The notes beneath the pieces are model-generated. The model ran no database searches. It was not told the DNA's origin and saw only the letters and a list, made by a program, of their open reading frames with translations. Both the position numbers and the translations under genes were made by a program. This document shows positions 55,135 through 64,000 of a DNA stretch of 64,000 nt, one piece after another (the stretch's first letter is position 1; each line of letters starts with the position of its first letter). The stretch is from an uncultured Chloroflexia bacterium. Its GTDB lineage: Bacteria; Chloroflexota; Limnocylindria; Limnocylindrales; CSP1-4. Location: NCBI GenBank assembly GCA_963780425.1, contig CAWABZ010000013.1, positions 68,644-132,643 of the forward strand. The letters run 5' to 3'.

Positions 55135-56119
55135 TTAGACCTCCGCCTCGAGCGGGGTCGCGGGTTCCGGGGCGCCACGCGGACGTGGCGAGGTCTGCGC
55201 CACGACGACAGCGATCACGATCAGCGCGGCCCCGGCAAGCTGGATCGGCGCGAGCGTCTGGCCGAGCACGAGCCAGGCCAGCACCACGATGATCGGCGGC
55301 TCGACGGTAGCCACCAATGCCGCCTTGGCCGCGCCGATGCGACGAGCCCCGGCATAGAACGTCTGGATCGCCAGGAACGAGGCCACCAGCCCCACGGCGA
55401 CGAGGAGCGGCCAGGCCTCGCCCGGCACGGTCCGCGGATCCAGCGGACGCCCGACCGCCAGCGCGCCGATCCCGTAGACGGCCGCCGTCGCGCTCATCAT
55501 CAACGCGGTCGTGACCGCCGCGTCGCCGGGCCGGCTCGGTCGCCGGCGGCGCATCGCTCCCCAACCGATCGCGGCGCTCGCCCGACAGCCGCGCCGAGAG
55601 GATGATCCACACCGAGTAGATCAGGGCCGACGCCCAGACCAGGACAAGGCCGGACACGGGCGGCGCCGTGGCGACGTCGATCCCGCCGAGTGCCAGCGCC
55701 GATCCCACGACCGCCAGGCCCAGCGCGACCCACGGCCGCCTCCCTGGCAGGCGGGTGGCGAACCGCAGCGAGAGCACCGCGACGATGACCGGGTAGGTAT
55801 AGACGAGCACACCGGCGAGCGCGGCCGGGACCGTCTCCAGGCCTGCGTAGTACGTCCCGGCATTGCCGGTGAACAGAGCTCCCAACCCGAGTGCCACGGC
55901 TACCTGGCGACCCGGCATGCGCCGAGCCGCCGCCCGTCGCTCGCTCGAGGCAAGCACCCACAACCACCCGAGCGCAGCACCGAAGAGGAAGCGCCAACCG
56001 ACGAGCGTCAACCAGTCGATGCCGGTCTCATAGATCGGTTGCGCCAGCACGGATCCCGACCCGTATCCGATGGCCGAGACCACCACCAAACCGATGCCTA
56101 CCGCGGTGCGTCGATCCAT
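55135..56119 (-). pseudogene. EamA/DMT-family transporter, frame broken near 55527-55537 as assembled
   Basis: The first 5 TM segments are in the frame starting at 56119. The second EamA half (AAVTTALMMSATAAVYG...EPPIIVVLAWLVLGQTL) is in ORF 55135..55554. Confidence 0.75.
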
Positions 56120-56152
56120 GGGCGGCGAGGCTAGCAGCCTGCGGCGTCACGG

Positions 56153-56701
56153 ATGATGTCCGCGGGCCCGCCTCACGCAGGGACGCACTACACTTCGAGC
56201 GTGACCGACCTCACCGAGGGCGCGGTCGCCCGTCGCGTCCCAACCCTGACCGACGAGCGGCTGCGCGTCCTGAGCCGCCGACAGCCTGTGACCGTGCCGC
56301 CCGGCACGAGTCTCGCGGAATGCCTGCGCGCCATCCAGCGGACCGGCACCGGCGATTCGGTCTTCGTGTGCGAGCCGTCGGGGCGGCTGGTCGGCGTGCT
56401 GACCGAGCGCGACATCTTCGCGCGGATCGTCGTCGGCCATGTCGATCTGGCGCAGCCGGTCGAGACGTTGATGACGACCGATCCGCGGACCCTCGATCTC
56501 GACCAGACCATCCGTGACGCGATCGAGCTGATGCAGACCGGGCGATACCGCAACGTGCCGATCGTCGACGCGGATCGCCGGCTGGTCGGTGTCGTCCGCC
56601 AGGTCGACATCATCAAGTACCTCGCCGAGTCGTTCCCGGAGGAGCTGCTCAACCTCCCACCGCGTCCGCATCAGCGCATGAGGCAGCCCGAAGGCGGATG
56701 A
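56153..56701 (+). CDS. CBS-pair domain protein
   Basis: The two CBS motifs are [11 protein letters not shown] and [14 protein letters not shown]. The stop overlaps the korA start (ATGA). An alternative GTG start lies at 56201. Confidence 0.8.
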   Translation: MMSAGPPHAGTHYTSSVTDLTEGAVARRVPTLTDERLRVLSRRQPVTVPPGTSLAECLRAIQRTGTGDSVFVCEPSGRLVGVLTERDIFARIVVGHVDLAQPVETLMTTDPRTLDLDQTIRDAIELMQTGRYRNVPIVDADRRLVGVVRQVDIIKYLAESFPEELLNLPPRPHQRMRQPEGG

Positions 56702-58557
56702 CGACGACCAGGGAGCCGGAGCTCCCGATCCAGGAGCTCGAACGGGTCACGATCCGATTCGCTGGCGATTCCGGCGACGGCATGCAGCTCACCGGGACGC
56801 AGTTCACGCGTACAGCTGCCGTGTTCGGCAACGACATCAGCACACTGCCCGACTTCCCGGCCGAGATCCGAGCGCCGGCGGGGTCCTTGCCGGGCGTCAG
56901 CGGGTTCCAGATCAGCTTCAGCTCGACTGACATCCACACGCCGGGCGATCAGCCGGACGTCCTCGTCGCGATGAACCCTGCGGCACTCAAGACGAACATC
57001 GGCGACCTGCCTCCGGGCGGCGCTCTGATCGTCAACAGCGATGCGTTCACGCAGGCCAATCTCAACAAGGCGGCCTATGCCGCGAACCCCTTGACCGACG
57101 ACTCCCTGAAGGCCTTCACGACCTTCGAGATCCCCATCTCATCGCTCAACGAACGGTCGCTCGACGGGCTCGAGATGACCAGCAAGCAGAAGGACCTGAC
57201 CAAGAACTTCTTCGCCCTGGGCCTGATGTTCTGGCTGTATGAGCGGAGCATGGACGGGACGCTCCACTGGATCGACTCGAAGTTCTCCGCCCGGCCGGTC
57301 ATCGCCGAGGCCAACAAGCGCGCACTCAAGGCCGGCTACGCGTACGGCGAGACGACCGAGATGTTCCACACGCACTACCGCGTCCGGCCCGCGAAGCTGC
57401 CGCCGGGCACGTACCGGAACATCACCGGCAACGAGGCGACCGCCCTCGGTTTCCTGGCCGCCTCGAAACTGGCCGACCGCCAGCTGTTCTACGGCTCGTA
57501 TCCGATCACCCCGGCCTCGGACATCCTCCACCAGCTGTCGGGCTACAAATCGTTCGGGGTCAAGACGTTCCAGGCCGAGGACGAGATCGCGGCGATCGGC
57601 GCCGCGATCGGCGCGAGCTACGGTGGTGCGCTCGGGCTGACGGCAAGCTCGGGTCCAGGCATCGCCCTCAAGAGCGAGGCTCTCGGCCTGGCAGTGATGG
57701 TCGAGCTGCCGCTCGTCGTCATCGATGTCCAGCGGGCCGGACCCTCGACCGGGATGCCGACCAAGAACGAGCAGGCGGACCTGCTCCAGGTGATGTTCGG
57801 GCGGAACTCCGACTCGCCGCTGCCGGTGATCGCGCCGGCGACGCCGGGCGAGTGCTTCGACTACGCGATCGAGGCAGTGCGGCTCGCCCTCAAGTACATG
57901 ACACCGGTCGTCTACCTGTCCGACGCCTTCCTCGCCACCGGCTCCGAGCCCTGGCGCATCCCGTCCGTCGCCGATCTGCCGTCGATCGCGGTCCCCAACG
58001 CCGCCAAGGGCGATGGCCCGTTCCAGCCCTACCTCCGCGACCCGGACACGCTCGCCCGCCCGTGGGCCGTGCCGGGGACCGCCGGGCTCGAGCACCGGAT
58101 CGGCGGACTCGAGAAGGCGGACATCACGGGAAACGTCAGCTACGACCCGGACAACCACCACAGGATGCAGTTGCTCCGGCAGGCCAAGGTCGCCGGGATC
58201 GCGTCGGACATCCCGCCGCTCGAGGTGTTCGGCCCGTCAGAGGGAGATCTGCTCATCCTCGGCTGGGGCTCGACATACGGCGCGATCCGCTCGGCGGTGG
58301 AGCGCCTGCAGGCCGATGGGCGCTCCGTGGCGCACGCGCACATCCGCCACCTCAACCCGTTCCCCGCGAACACCGAGGCGGTCCTGCGGAGCTATGGCAA
58401 GGTCCTCATCCCGGAAGTGAACCTCGGCCAGCTTCTGCTGCTCGTCCGGGCCCGCTACCTCATCGACGCCATCGGCTACGACCGCGTGCGTGGCAAGCCC
58501 TTCCGGATCGCCGAGATCGTGGAAGAGGCGGAGAGGATCATGGGACTGCCGGCATGA
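56698..58557 (+). CDS. korA: 2-oxoacid:ferredoxin oxidoreductase, alpha subunit (KorA-type)
   Basis: 619 aa with [24 protein letters not shown] and GPSTGMPTK. Confidence 0.9.
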   Translation: MTTTREPELPIQELERVTIRFAGDSGDGMQLTGTQFTRTAAVFGNDISTLPDFPAEIRAPAGSLPGVSGFQISFSSTDIHTPGDQPDVLVAMNPAALKTNIGDLPPGGALIVNSDAFTQANLNKAAYAANPLTDDSLKAFTTFEIPISSLNERSLDGLEMTSKQKDLTKNFFALGLMFWLYERSMDGTLHWIDSKFSARPVIAEANKRALKAGYAYGETTEMFHTHYRVRPAKLPPGTYRNITGNEATALGFLAASKLADRQLFYGSYPITPASDILHQLSGYKSFGVKTFQAEDEIAAIGAAIGASYGGALGLTASSGPGIALKSEALGLAVMVELPLVVIDVQRAGPSTGMPTKNEQADLLQVMFGRNSDSPLPVIAPATPGECFDYAIEAVRLALKYMTPVVYLSDAFLATGSEPWRIPSVADLPSIAVPNAAKGDGPFQPYLRDPDTLARPWAVPGTAGLEHRIGGLEKADITGNVSYDPDNHHRMQLLRQAKVAGIASDIPPLEVFGPSEGDLLILGWGSTYGAIRSAVERLQADGRSVAHAHIRHLNPFPANTEAVLRSYGKVLIPEVNLGQLLLLVRARYLIDAIGYDRVRGKPFRIAEIVEEAERIMGLPA

Positions 58558-59681
58558 CCGAGGAGACCGTGGGCACGAACGGCGCCGGCACCAACGGCGC
58601 TGGCACGAACGGCGATGTCACGACCGGCGACGGCAACGGCGCCCAGCCCGCGCTGAGTCCTGAGAACGCGCAGGTCATCGCGCTGACCCGCAAGGACTTC
58701 GTGTCCGACCAGGAGGTCCGCTGGTGTCCCGGCTGCGGGGACTATTCGATCCTTGCCCAGACCCAGAAGGTGATGCCCGACTTCGGCTACAAGAAGGAGG
58801 ACATCGTCTTCATCTCGGGCATCGGCTGCTCGGGACGGCTGCCGTACTACATGAACACGTTCGGGTTCCACACGATCCACGGCCGTGCCCCGACGCTCGC
58901 AACCGGGCTCAAGGCGGCGCGCCCGGACCTGATGGTGTGGGTCATCACCGGCGACGGCGACGCGCTGTCGATCGGCGGCAACCACGTCATCCACTCGATG
59001 CGGCGCAACGTCGACCTCAAGATGGTCATGTTCAACAACCGGATCTACGGGTTGACCAAGGGCCAGGCCTCGCCGACGTCTGAGTTCGGCAAGCGCACGA
59101 AGTCGACCCCGGCCGGCACCATCGACACCCCGATCCAGCCGTTGACGCTCGCCCTCGCCGCAGAGGCGTCGTTCGTCGCCCGTTCCGTGGATACGCACAC
59201 CGAGCACCTGCAGCAGACGCTCGAACGTGCCGGCCGCCACAAGGGCAGCGCCTTCGTCGAGGTCCTGCAGAACTGCAACATCTTCAACGACGGCGCGTGG
59301 CGCGACTTCACCGACCGCGAGGTCCGCGAAGATCGCATGCTCACGCTCGAGCACGGCAAGCCCATGATCTTCGGCAAGGACCGCGACAAGGGCATCCGGC
59401 TGCGCGGTCTCCACCCGGAGGTCGTGACGATCGGCCACGATGGCGTGACGGAAGCGGACCTGCTCGTGCACGACGAGGCGTCCGACGATCCCTACCTGGC
59501 GCTCGTCCTGTCGCGCTTGTTCTGGCCGGACTTCCCGGTCCCGGTCGGCGTGTTGCGCGCGACCAGCCGGCCGACGCACGACCGGCTCATCGAGGACCAG
59601 CTGACCGCGGCCGTTGCTCGATCCGGCGAGGGCGACCTGGCCAACGTCCTCAACGGCGGTGAGACGTGGACGGTCGAGTAG
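58554..59681 (+). CDS. korB: 2-oxoacid:ferredoxin oxidoreductase, beta subunit (KorB-type, TPP-binding)
   Basis: The sequence from MTEETVG has [18 protein letters not shown] and [12 protein letters not shown]. There is an ATGA overlap with korA. The N-terminus carries a GTNGA x3 low-complexity repeat. Confidence 0.9.
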   Translation: MTEETVGTNGAGTNGAGTNGDVTTGDGNGAQPALSPENAQVIALTRKDFVSDQEVRWCPGCGDYSILAQTQKVMPDFGYKKEDIVFISGIGCSGRLPYYMNTFGFHTIHGRAPTLATGLKAARPDLMVWVITGDGDALSIGGNHVIHSMRRNVDLKMVMFNNRIYGLTKGQASPTSEFGKRTKSTPAGTIDTPIQPLTLALAAEASFVARSVDTHTEHLQQTLERAGRHKGSAFVEVLQNCNIFNDGAWRDFTDREVREDRMLTLEHGKPMIFGKDRDKGIRLRGLHPEVVTIGHDGVTEADLLVHDEASDDPYLALVLSRLFWPDFPVPVGVLRATSRPTHDRLIEDQLTAAVARSGEGDLANVLNGGETWTVE

Positions 59682-59734
59682 TCACCGGCGGCGACGACGG
59701 CATCGTCGCGGGGCAGGAGGGCGGCGACGACGGG

Positions 59735-60235
59735 ATGCGCTGTCCCGTGTGCGGCTTCGTCAATCTCGCCGGCGCCGACATCTGCGACAACTGCGGGGCC
59801 GACATCTTCGGCCACGACACACCCACGCAGGCCCCGGCGTTCAAGGGTCAGCTCCTGGGGGAGCACCTGGACGAGCTCGGCGCGCCCCCGCCCATCTCGG
59901 TCACCGCGGACACGCCGATCGACGTGGCGATCGCTCGCATGTACGAGGCCGAGACCGATTGCGTCCTGGTCATGGCTGGCGACCGGCTGGTCGGGATCTT
60001 CACCGATCGCGATGCGGTCGTGAAGGCCGCCGGCAAACGGCTGTCGTCGTTCCACGTGCGCGATTTCATGACGCCGGATCCGGTGGTGCTCCGGCACGAC
60101 GACCCGATCGCGGTCGCGATCCACAAGATGGCGGTCGGTGGTTTCCGCCACATCCCGATCGTCGAGGACGGCCGCCCCACGGGTGTGGTGACCGCCCGCG
60201 ACATCTTCCACCACCTCGCCCAGACCATCGACTGA
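59735..60235 (+). CDS. zinc-ribbon + CBS-pair domain protein
   Basis: MRCPVCGFVNLAGADICDNCG is followed by two CBS motifs (LVGIFTDRDAV and PTGVVTARDIFHHL). An alternative GTG start lies at 59666. Confidence 0.8.
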   Translation: MRCPVCGFVNLAGADICDNCGADIFGHDTPTQAPAFKGQLLGEHLDELGAPPPISVTADTPIDVAIARMYEAETDCVLVMAGDRLVGIFTDRDAVVKAAGKRLSSFHVRDFMTPDPVVLRHDDPIAVAIHKMAVGGFRHIPIVEDGRPTGVVTARDIFHHLAQTID

Positions 60236-60242
60236 CCGGCCC

Positions 60243-60617
60243 GTGGCCTCGCGGATCGCGATCCTCGCCCAAGACCTGATCTGGTCGGATCGACTGGCCC
60301 GAGCTGTGCAGGCGGCCGGTGGCGTGCCCATCCCCGCGAAGACCGCGCCGGAGTTCGACCAGGCCCTGCTCGACGCGGACCTCGCGATCATCGACATGAC
60401 GGCACGCGCGTACGACCCGCTCGCGGCTATCGAGCGGGCTCGGTCGGCCGGAGCCCGGGTGGTGGCGGTCGGACAGCATGACGACCACGAGCTGCGCAAG
60501 CGAGCCATCGCCCGCGGGGCCGAACGTGTCTACGCCTACCGCAAGCTGTTCGAGGACGGCCCGGCCACGATCACGGCATTCCTGGAGCGGGGCCAGGTGG
60601 CCCGGACGAACTCATGA
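60243..60617 (+). CDS. hypothetical protein with receiver-like (CheY-fold) pattern
   Basis: IAILAQD, LAIIDMT and VVAVGQH have beta-strand/acidic spacing reminiscent of a receiver domain. The stop overlaps the next start (ATGA). Weak call. Confidence 0.4.
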   Translation: MASRIAILAQDLIWSDRLARAVQAAGGVPIPAKTAPEFDQALLDADLAIIDMTARAYDPLAAIERARSAGARVVAVGQHDDHELRKRAIARGAERVYAYRKLFEDGPATITAFLERGQVARTNS

Positions 60618-61760
60618 TGCCGGCCGTCCGCCTGAGCATCCCCGAGGAGCGCTTCACGGATCGGCTGGCCAGGGCGGTCGCGGCCACGGAGGCAGCCGGG
60701 CTGGACGCGCTGCTCGTCGGGGTCGGGTCCGACTTGCGGTACCTCACGGGGTACGAGGCGATGCCGCTCGAGCGGCTGACGATGCTGATCCTTCGCCCCG
60801 GCACGGAGCCCGTCATCGTCGTCCCGCGGCTCGAACGTCCCGCCGCGGAGGACGGACTGCGGACACCGGTCAGGATCGTGACGTGGGAGGAGACAGACGA
60901 TCCCTACAGGATCGGTGTCGCCGGCATCCCGGCGGCCGGGCGTGTGGCCGTGTCGGACACGATGCTGGCGATGCACCTCCTCCGCCTCCAGGCGGCCGTC
61001 GGCCGGTCGGCGACCTACTCACTGGCGTCGACGGTCCTGCGCGACCTGCGCATGATCAAGGACGCGGACGAGATCGCGCTGCTGACCGCCGCCGCCCACG
61101 CCGCCGACCGCGTCGTCGAGCGGATCGCGGCTGGCCGGCTCATTGGCCGCACCGAGGCCGACGTGGCACGCGAGGTCCGTGACGCACTCATCGAGGAAGG
61201 GTCACGAGACGGCCCAATTCGCGATCGTCGCCTCGGGCCCGAACTCCGCCTCCCCGCACCACGAGGCGTCGGACCGCGTCATCGGCCCCGGGGAGCCGAT
61301 CGTCCTCGATATCGGCGGCACGCTCGGCGGCTACGGTTCGGACATCACCCGAACGCTGTGGGTCAACGGCGGAGACGCGACGGCGGGTCCGGACGAGCGT
61401 TTCCGGGATCTGTTCGAGGTCCTGTACGAGGCGCAGGCCAGCGGGACGCGGGCCGTCCGACCGGGCGTCGCGTGCGAGGACGTCGACACCGCCGCGCGCT
61501 CGGTGATCGACACGGCCGGCCACGGTGAGGCGTTCTTCCACCGGACAGGCCACGGCATCGGCCTCGACGGACACGAGGATCCGTACCTCGTCGCCGGCAA
61601 CGACATGCCACTCGCGGCCGGCATGGCGTTCAGCGTCGAGCCGGGGATCTACTACGCCGGTGAATACGGGGCCCGCATCGAGGACATCGTCGTGTGCGGC
61701 GAGGATGGCCCGATCGTGCTCAACGAGGCACCCCGCGAAGTGGCGGTCGTCCCGGGCTGA
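60614..61760 (+). pseudogene. M24-family Xaa-Pro aminopeptidase/dipeptidase, frame broken near 61195-61205 as assembled
   Basis: The creatinase-like N-domain is in ORF 60614... The catalytic half (FAIVASGPNSASPHH, VLDIGG, HRTGHGIGL, SVEPGIY, ARIED) is in ORF 61143..61760. Confidence 0.8.
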
Positions 61761-61936
61761 GCCGCCCGAGCCGAGCGACGCCGCGGGAGTCGAGCGGCGC
61801 CCTGGGGTATCATCGGCCGACGGTCGTATCCGAGCGGCCGCCGCCCAACTGATCGAGATCCGATGCCCACCATCCGACGGCGACGACCCATCGCCGAGCA
61901 TGATCGCCGGGAGACCGGCCGCCATCGGGATAGCCG

Positions 61937-62566
61937 ATGAGCCGACGCCACCACGGCCGACCGCACCACGGCCGACACCGCAACGACGGACCACGTCCCG
62001 ACGCGACCGCAAATCGGCCGGTCGCCCCCGCACCGATCGAGACCGCGCCGTCCGATCCGGTCACGTCAGCGCCGCGTCCGCCCGCGCCCGAGCCTGCCGC
62101 CGAACGACCGGTCGCCCCCGCCACATCCCAGCCCATGTCTGCCAGCCAGCCAGGCCCCCCGCCTGTCTCGCCGGCACCTGCGACCGCTCCCGTTGCGACG
62201 AACGGCTCGGGCGGCCACGTGCCCACACCCGCGATCCACGTCAACGGGAATGGCGCGGCCGAGACCGGGCCACGCAACGACCGACCGAATGGCTGCACGG
62301 CGCCGCAGCTCCGGCGCTTCATCAAGAGCCGCCCGTACGTGCCCATGCACGAGCTCAGGCGCCGTTTCGCGATCGACGGCACGGATGACGACGTGACCCA
62401 GGTCGAGCTCGACGGCGGACACGTGTATGTCGGCCTGCCGAGCCGCGAGGGATCGCTCCTCGGCGAGCTGCTGCGCGGCGGCGAGATCGGCTATGAGCTC
62501 TCGTTCGACCCGCTCGCGCCGATCGTCGTCGGCGTCTATCCGATGCGTCCCGTCCCACGCACCTAG
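61937..62566 (+). CDS. hypothetical protein (Pro/Ala-rich N-terminal half, compact ~95-aa C-terminal domain)
   Basis: The C-terminus LRRFIKSRPYVPMHELRRRFAIDG...VYVGLPSREGSLLGELL looks globular. The start is uncertain and no family was recognised. Confidence 0.45.
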   Translation: MSRRHHGRPHHGRHRNDGPRPDATANRPVAPAPIETAPSDPVTSAPRPPAPEPAAERPVAPATSQPMSASQPGPPPVSPAPATAPVATNGSGGHVPTPAIHVNGNGAAETGPRNDRPNGCTAPQLRRFIKSRPYVPMHELRRRFAIDGTDDDVTQVELDGGHVYVGLPSREGSLLGELLRGGEIGYELSFDPLAPIVVGVYPMRPVPRT

Positions 62567-64000
62567 GCCGGGGACGCCGCCCGACCTGACCGGCTGACGC
62601 CCGCGACCGACAGCAGCTCGTCGATCCGCGCCGCAGAGACGACGTTGCCCTTCAGCTCGAACAGCGCGCGCGCCTCTGCCGCGGACTCGGCCGCATCCTC
62701 GACCCGGCCCGCCGCGGCCTGGGCCTCCGCCAGGAAGACGAGCGCATTCCCTTGGCCCTCGATATCGTCGGAGGCACGGGTCTCGACCACGCCGGAGCGT
62801 GCCAGCTCGATGCCCTCGTCGTGGGAACCGTCACGGGCCAGCAGCTTGCCCCGGATCCCCCGCCACAGGTACTGCGAATACACGTCGGAGGCGGCTGCGA
62901 CGTCCTCGCAGACCGACGCATACGTCCCTGCTTCCTCGAACCTGCCCTGCCGATAAAGGGCCTCTGCCAGCAGCCCGGCGATCGTCGAGATGTAGTTGCG
63001 CTCGCCCATCGCATCGAGCGCCTGGTAGTCCTTGCGGAGCTCGACCTCCGCCGCCGACGGATCGCCCGCGAGCAGCTCGACCGGCCCTGAATCGATCGAG
63101 ATCGTGTGCGCGTCGAATAGCAGCCCGAGCTCCTCCAGCGTCGCGCGACCGACCCGGTAGTCCTCGCGGGCGCGCTCGAAATCGCCGACCATCGCCCGGA
63201 GATGGGCGAGCGCCGCCAGGGTCGTGGCCTGCGCCCGCCGGTCGCCGTCGCCGAGCCGGAGCAGGCCCTCGCACACGGCGATGGCGTCGGAGACCGGCAT
63301 CGGCCCGTAGAACGCGACCATCGCGGACGACGCATGGAGTCGCGCCTCGATGACCCGATCTCCCGCACGTCGCGCGTAGTCGATCGCCTTCTCGTTCGCA
63401 TCACCGGCCTCGCCGTAGCGGCCCGAGACGCCGTACGCCAGCGTCAGCAGGCGCCATGCTCGAGCCAGGGCGTTCGCGTCGTCGGTGCCCTCGAGGTCGC
63501 GGATCCCATCGAGGGTCTGCTGCATGACGTCGTCGATCGACGTCGTCGACTCGGACCGCAGGTGAAGCTGCAGGCGGACCAGGTCGGCCGTGATCGACAC
63601 CGGGCGCTCCCCGAGTGCGTCGGCCTCGGCCGTCGCCTGGACGAGCACTGCGTCGGCTGTGCCGAACTCGCCGATCTCCATGAACGCTTCACCGGCCGAG
63701 ACCAGGAGTTTCGCCCGATCTCGGTCGTGCTCGGCGAGGACGCGCGCGGCCCGCTCCAGGAGGTTCGCCGCGGCCGGGAAGTCGCCACGGGCGAGGGCTC
63801 GCCGCCCGGCGGATGCAAGCCGCTGCGAGGCGCGTGTCCCGAGCGCCACGCCATGCTCGTCGAGCGGGCCGAGGTCCGTCCGGTAGCGGTACGCCTGCTC
63901 CAGGTGATAGCCGAGGATCTCTTCGAACTCCGTCTCGCGGCCGCGTTGCCGGTTCATCTGGTCCGCCCATTCGACGAACCGCTCGTGGAGCTGGACACGC
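62563..64000 (-). CDS. TPR-repeat C-terminal region of a large regulator (5' end beyond the window)
   Basis: The frame stays open to nt 64000. Repeated Ala/Leu-rich helical-pair units such as GDFPAAANLLERA, GRYGEAGDANEKAIDYA and GRFEEAGTYA are typical of ATPase-TPR signalling proteins. Confidence 0.7.
   Translation of the reverse strand, partial: RVQLHERFVEWADQMNRQRGRETEFEEILGYHLEQAYRYRTDLGPLDEHGVALGTRASQRLASAGRRALARGDFPAAANLLERAARVLAEHDRDRAKLLVSAGEAFMEIGEFGTADAVLVQATAEADALGERPVSITADLVRLQLHLRSESTTSIDDVMQQTLDGIRDLEGTDDANALARAWRLLTLAYGVSGRYGEAGDANEKAIDYARRAGDRVIEARLHASSAMVAFYGPMPVSDAIAVCEGLLRLGDGDRRAQATTLAALAHLRAMVGDFERAREDYRVGRATLEELGLLFDAHTISIDSGPVELLAGDPSAAEVELRKDYQALDAMGERNYISTIAGLLAEALYRQGRFEEAGTYASVCEDVAAASDVYSQYLWRGIRGKLLARDGSHDEGIELARSGVVETRASDDIEGQGNALVFLAEAQAAAGRVEDAAESAAEARALFELKGNVVSAARIDELLSVAGVSRSGRAASPA

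Noticed and set aside
58554-58640. The 15-nt tandem repeat encoding GTNGA x3 at the korB 5' end might be an independent repeat element.
   Set aside because: It is in frame and confined to the N-terminal low-complexity extension of KorB. It is most simply a coding microsatellite and not a separate feature.

Overview
High-GC (about 70% by eye) chromosomal segment with actinobacterial-style gene content: a CtaF-type oxidase subunit, KorAB, a LAL regulator, many DinB-fold proteins and a WYL regulator. GTG/TTG starts and start/stop overlaps (ATGA, TGATG) are common. All family calls come from motif recognition in the supplied translations; nothing was searched or computed. Gene order: 3' end of gltB; a 725-bp composite repeat region; MFS, WYL regulator and DinB; GAF histidine kinase plus OmpR-type regulator; ppc; a methyltransferase; a DrrAB-like ABC exporter; MFS; initiator tRNA-Met; two tandem ECF sigma + membrane beta-propeller cassettes; a long minus-strand operon (ctaC, ctaD, ctaE, small CtaF-like gene, CtaF-like x2 + cupredoxin, tlpA, ABC-2 exporter) with divergent ctaG; dehydratase, TraR-type zinc finger and an unlisted YHS mini-ORF; a PotABCD-like importer; a tightly coupled chain (cupredoxin lipoprotein, fdxA, BtuF-like, methyltransferase, proC, tandem-DinB, S9 peptidase); homogentisate-pathway genes (hppD, FAH, hmgA) interspersed with membrane proteins, a CYTH-like protein, a GNAT and a 1029-aa LAL regulator; HpcH aldolase; XRE-nuclease; EamA; a CBS-korA-korB-CBS-receiver-like-M24 peptidase operon; and the 3' part of a TPR regulator. 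No rRNA, CRISPR, transposase or prophage was recognised. Three points stand out. (1) About 21 reading-frame breaks fall in at least 12 otherwise recognisable genes, and half of them sit in the duplicated sigma/beta-propeller locus; this is either an assembly-quality problem or real gene decay. (2) The aa3 oxidase locus has amicyanin-type cupredoxin domains fused to CoxII and to duplicated CtaF-like anchors. (3) A roughly 120-bp palindrome-bearing repeat occurs at two convergent gene junctions.
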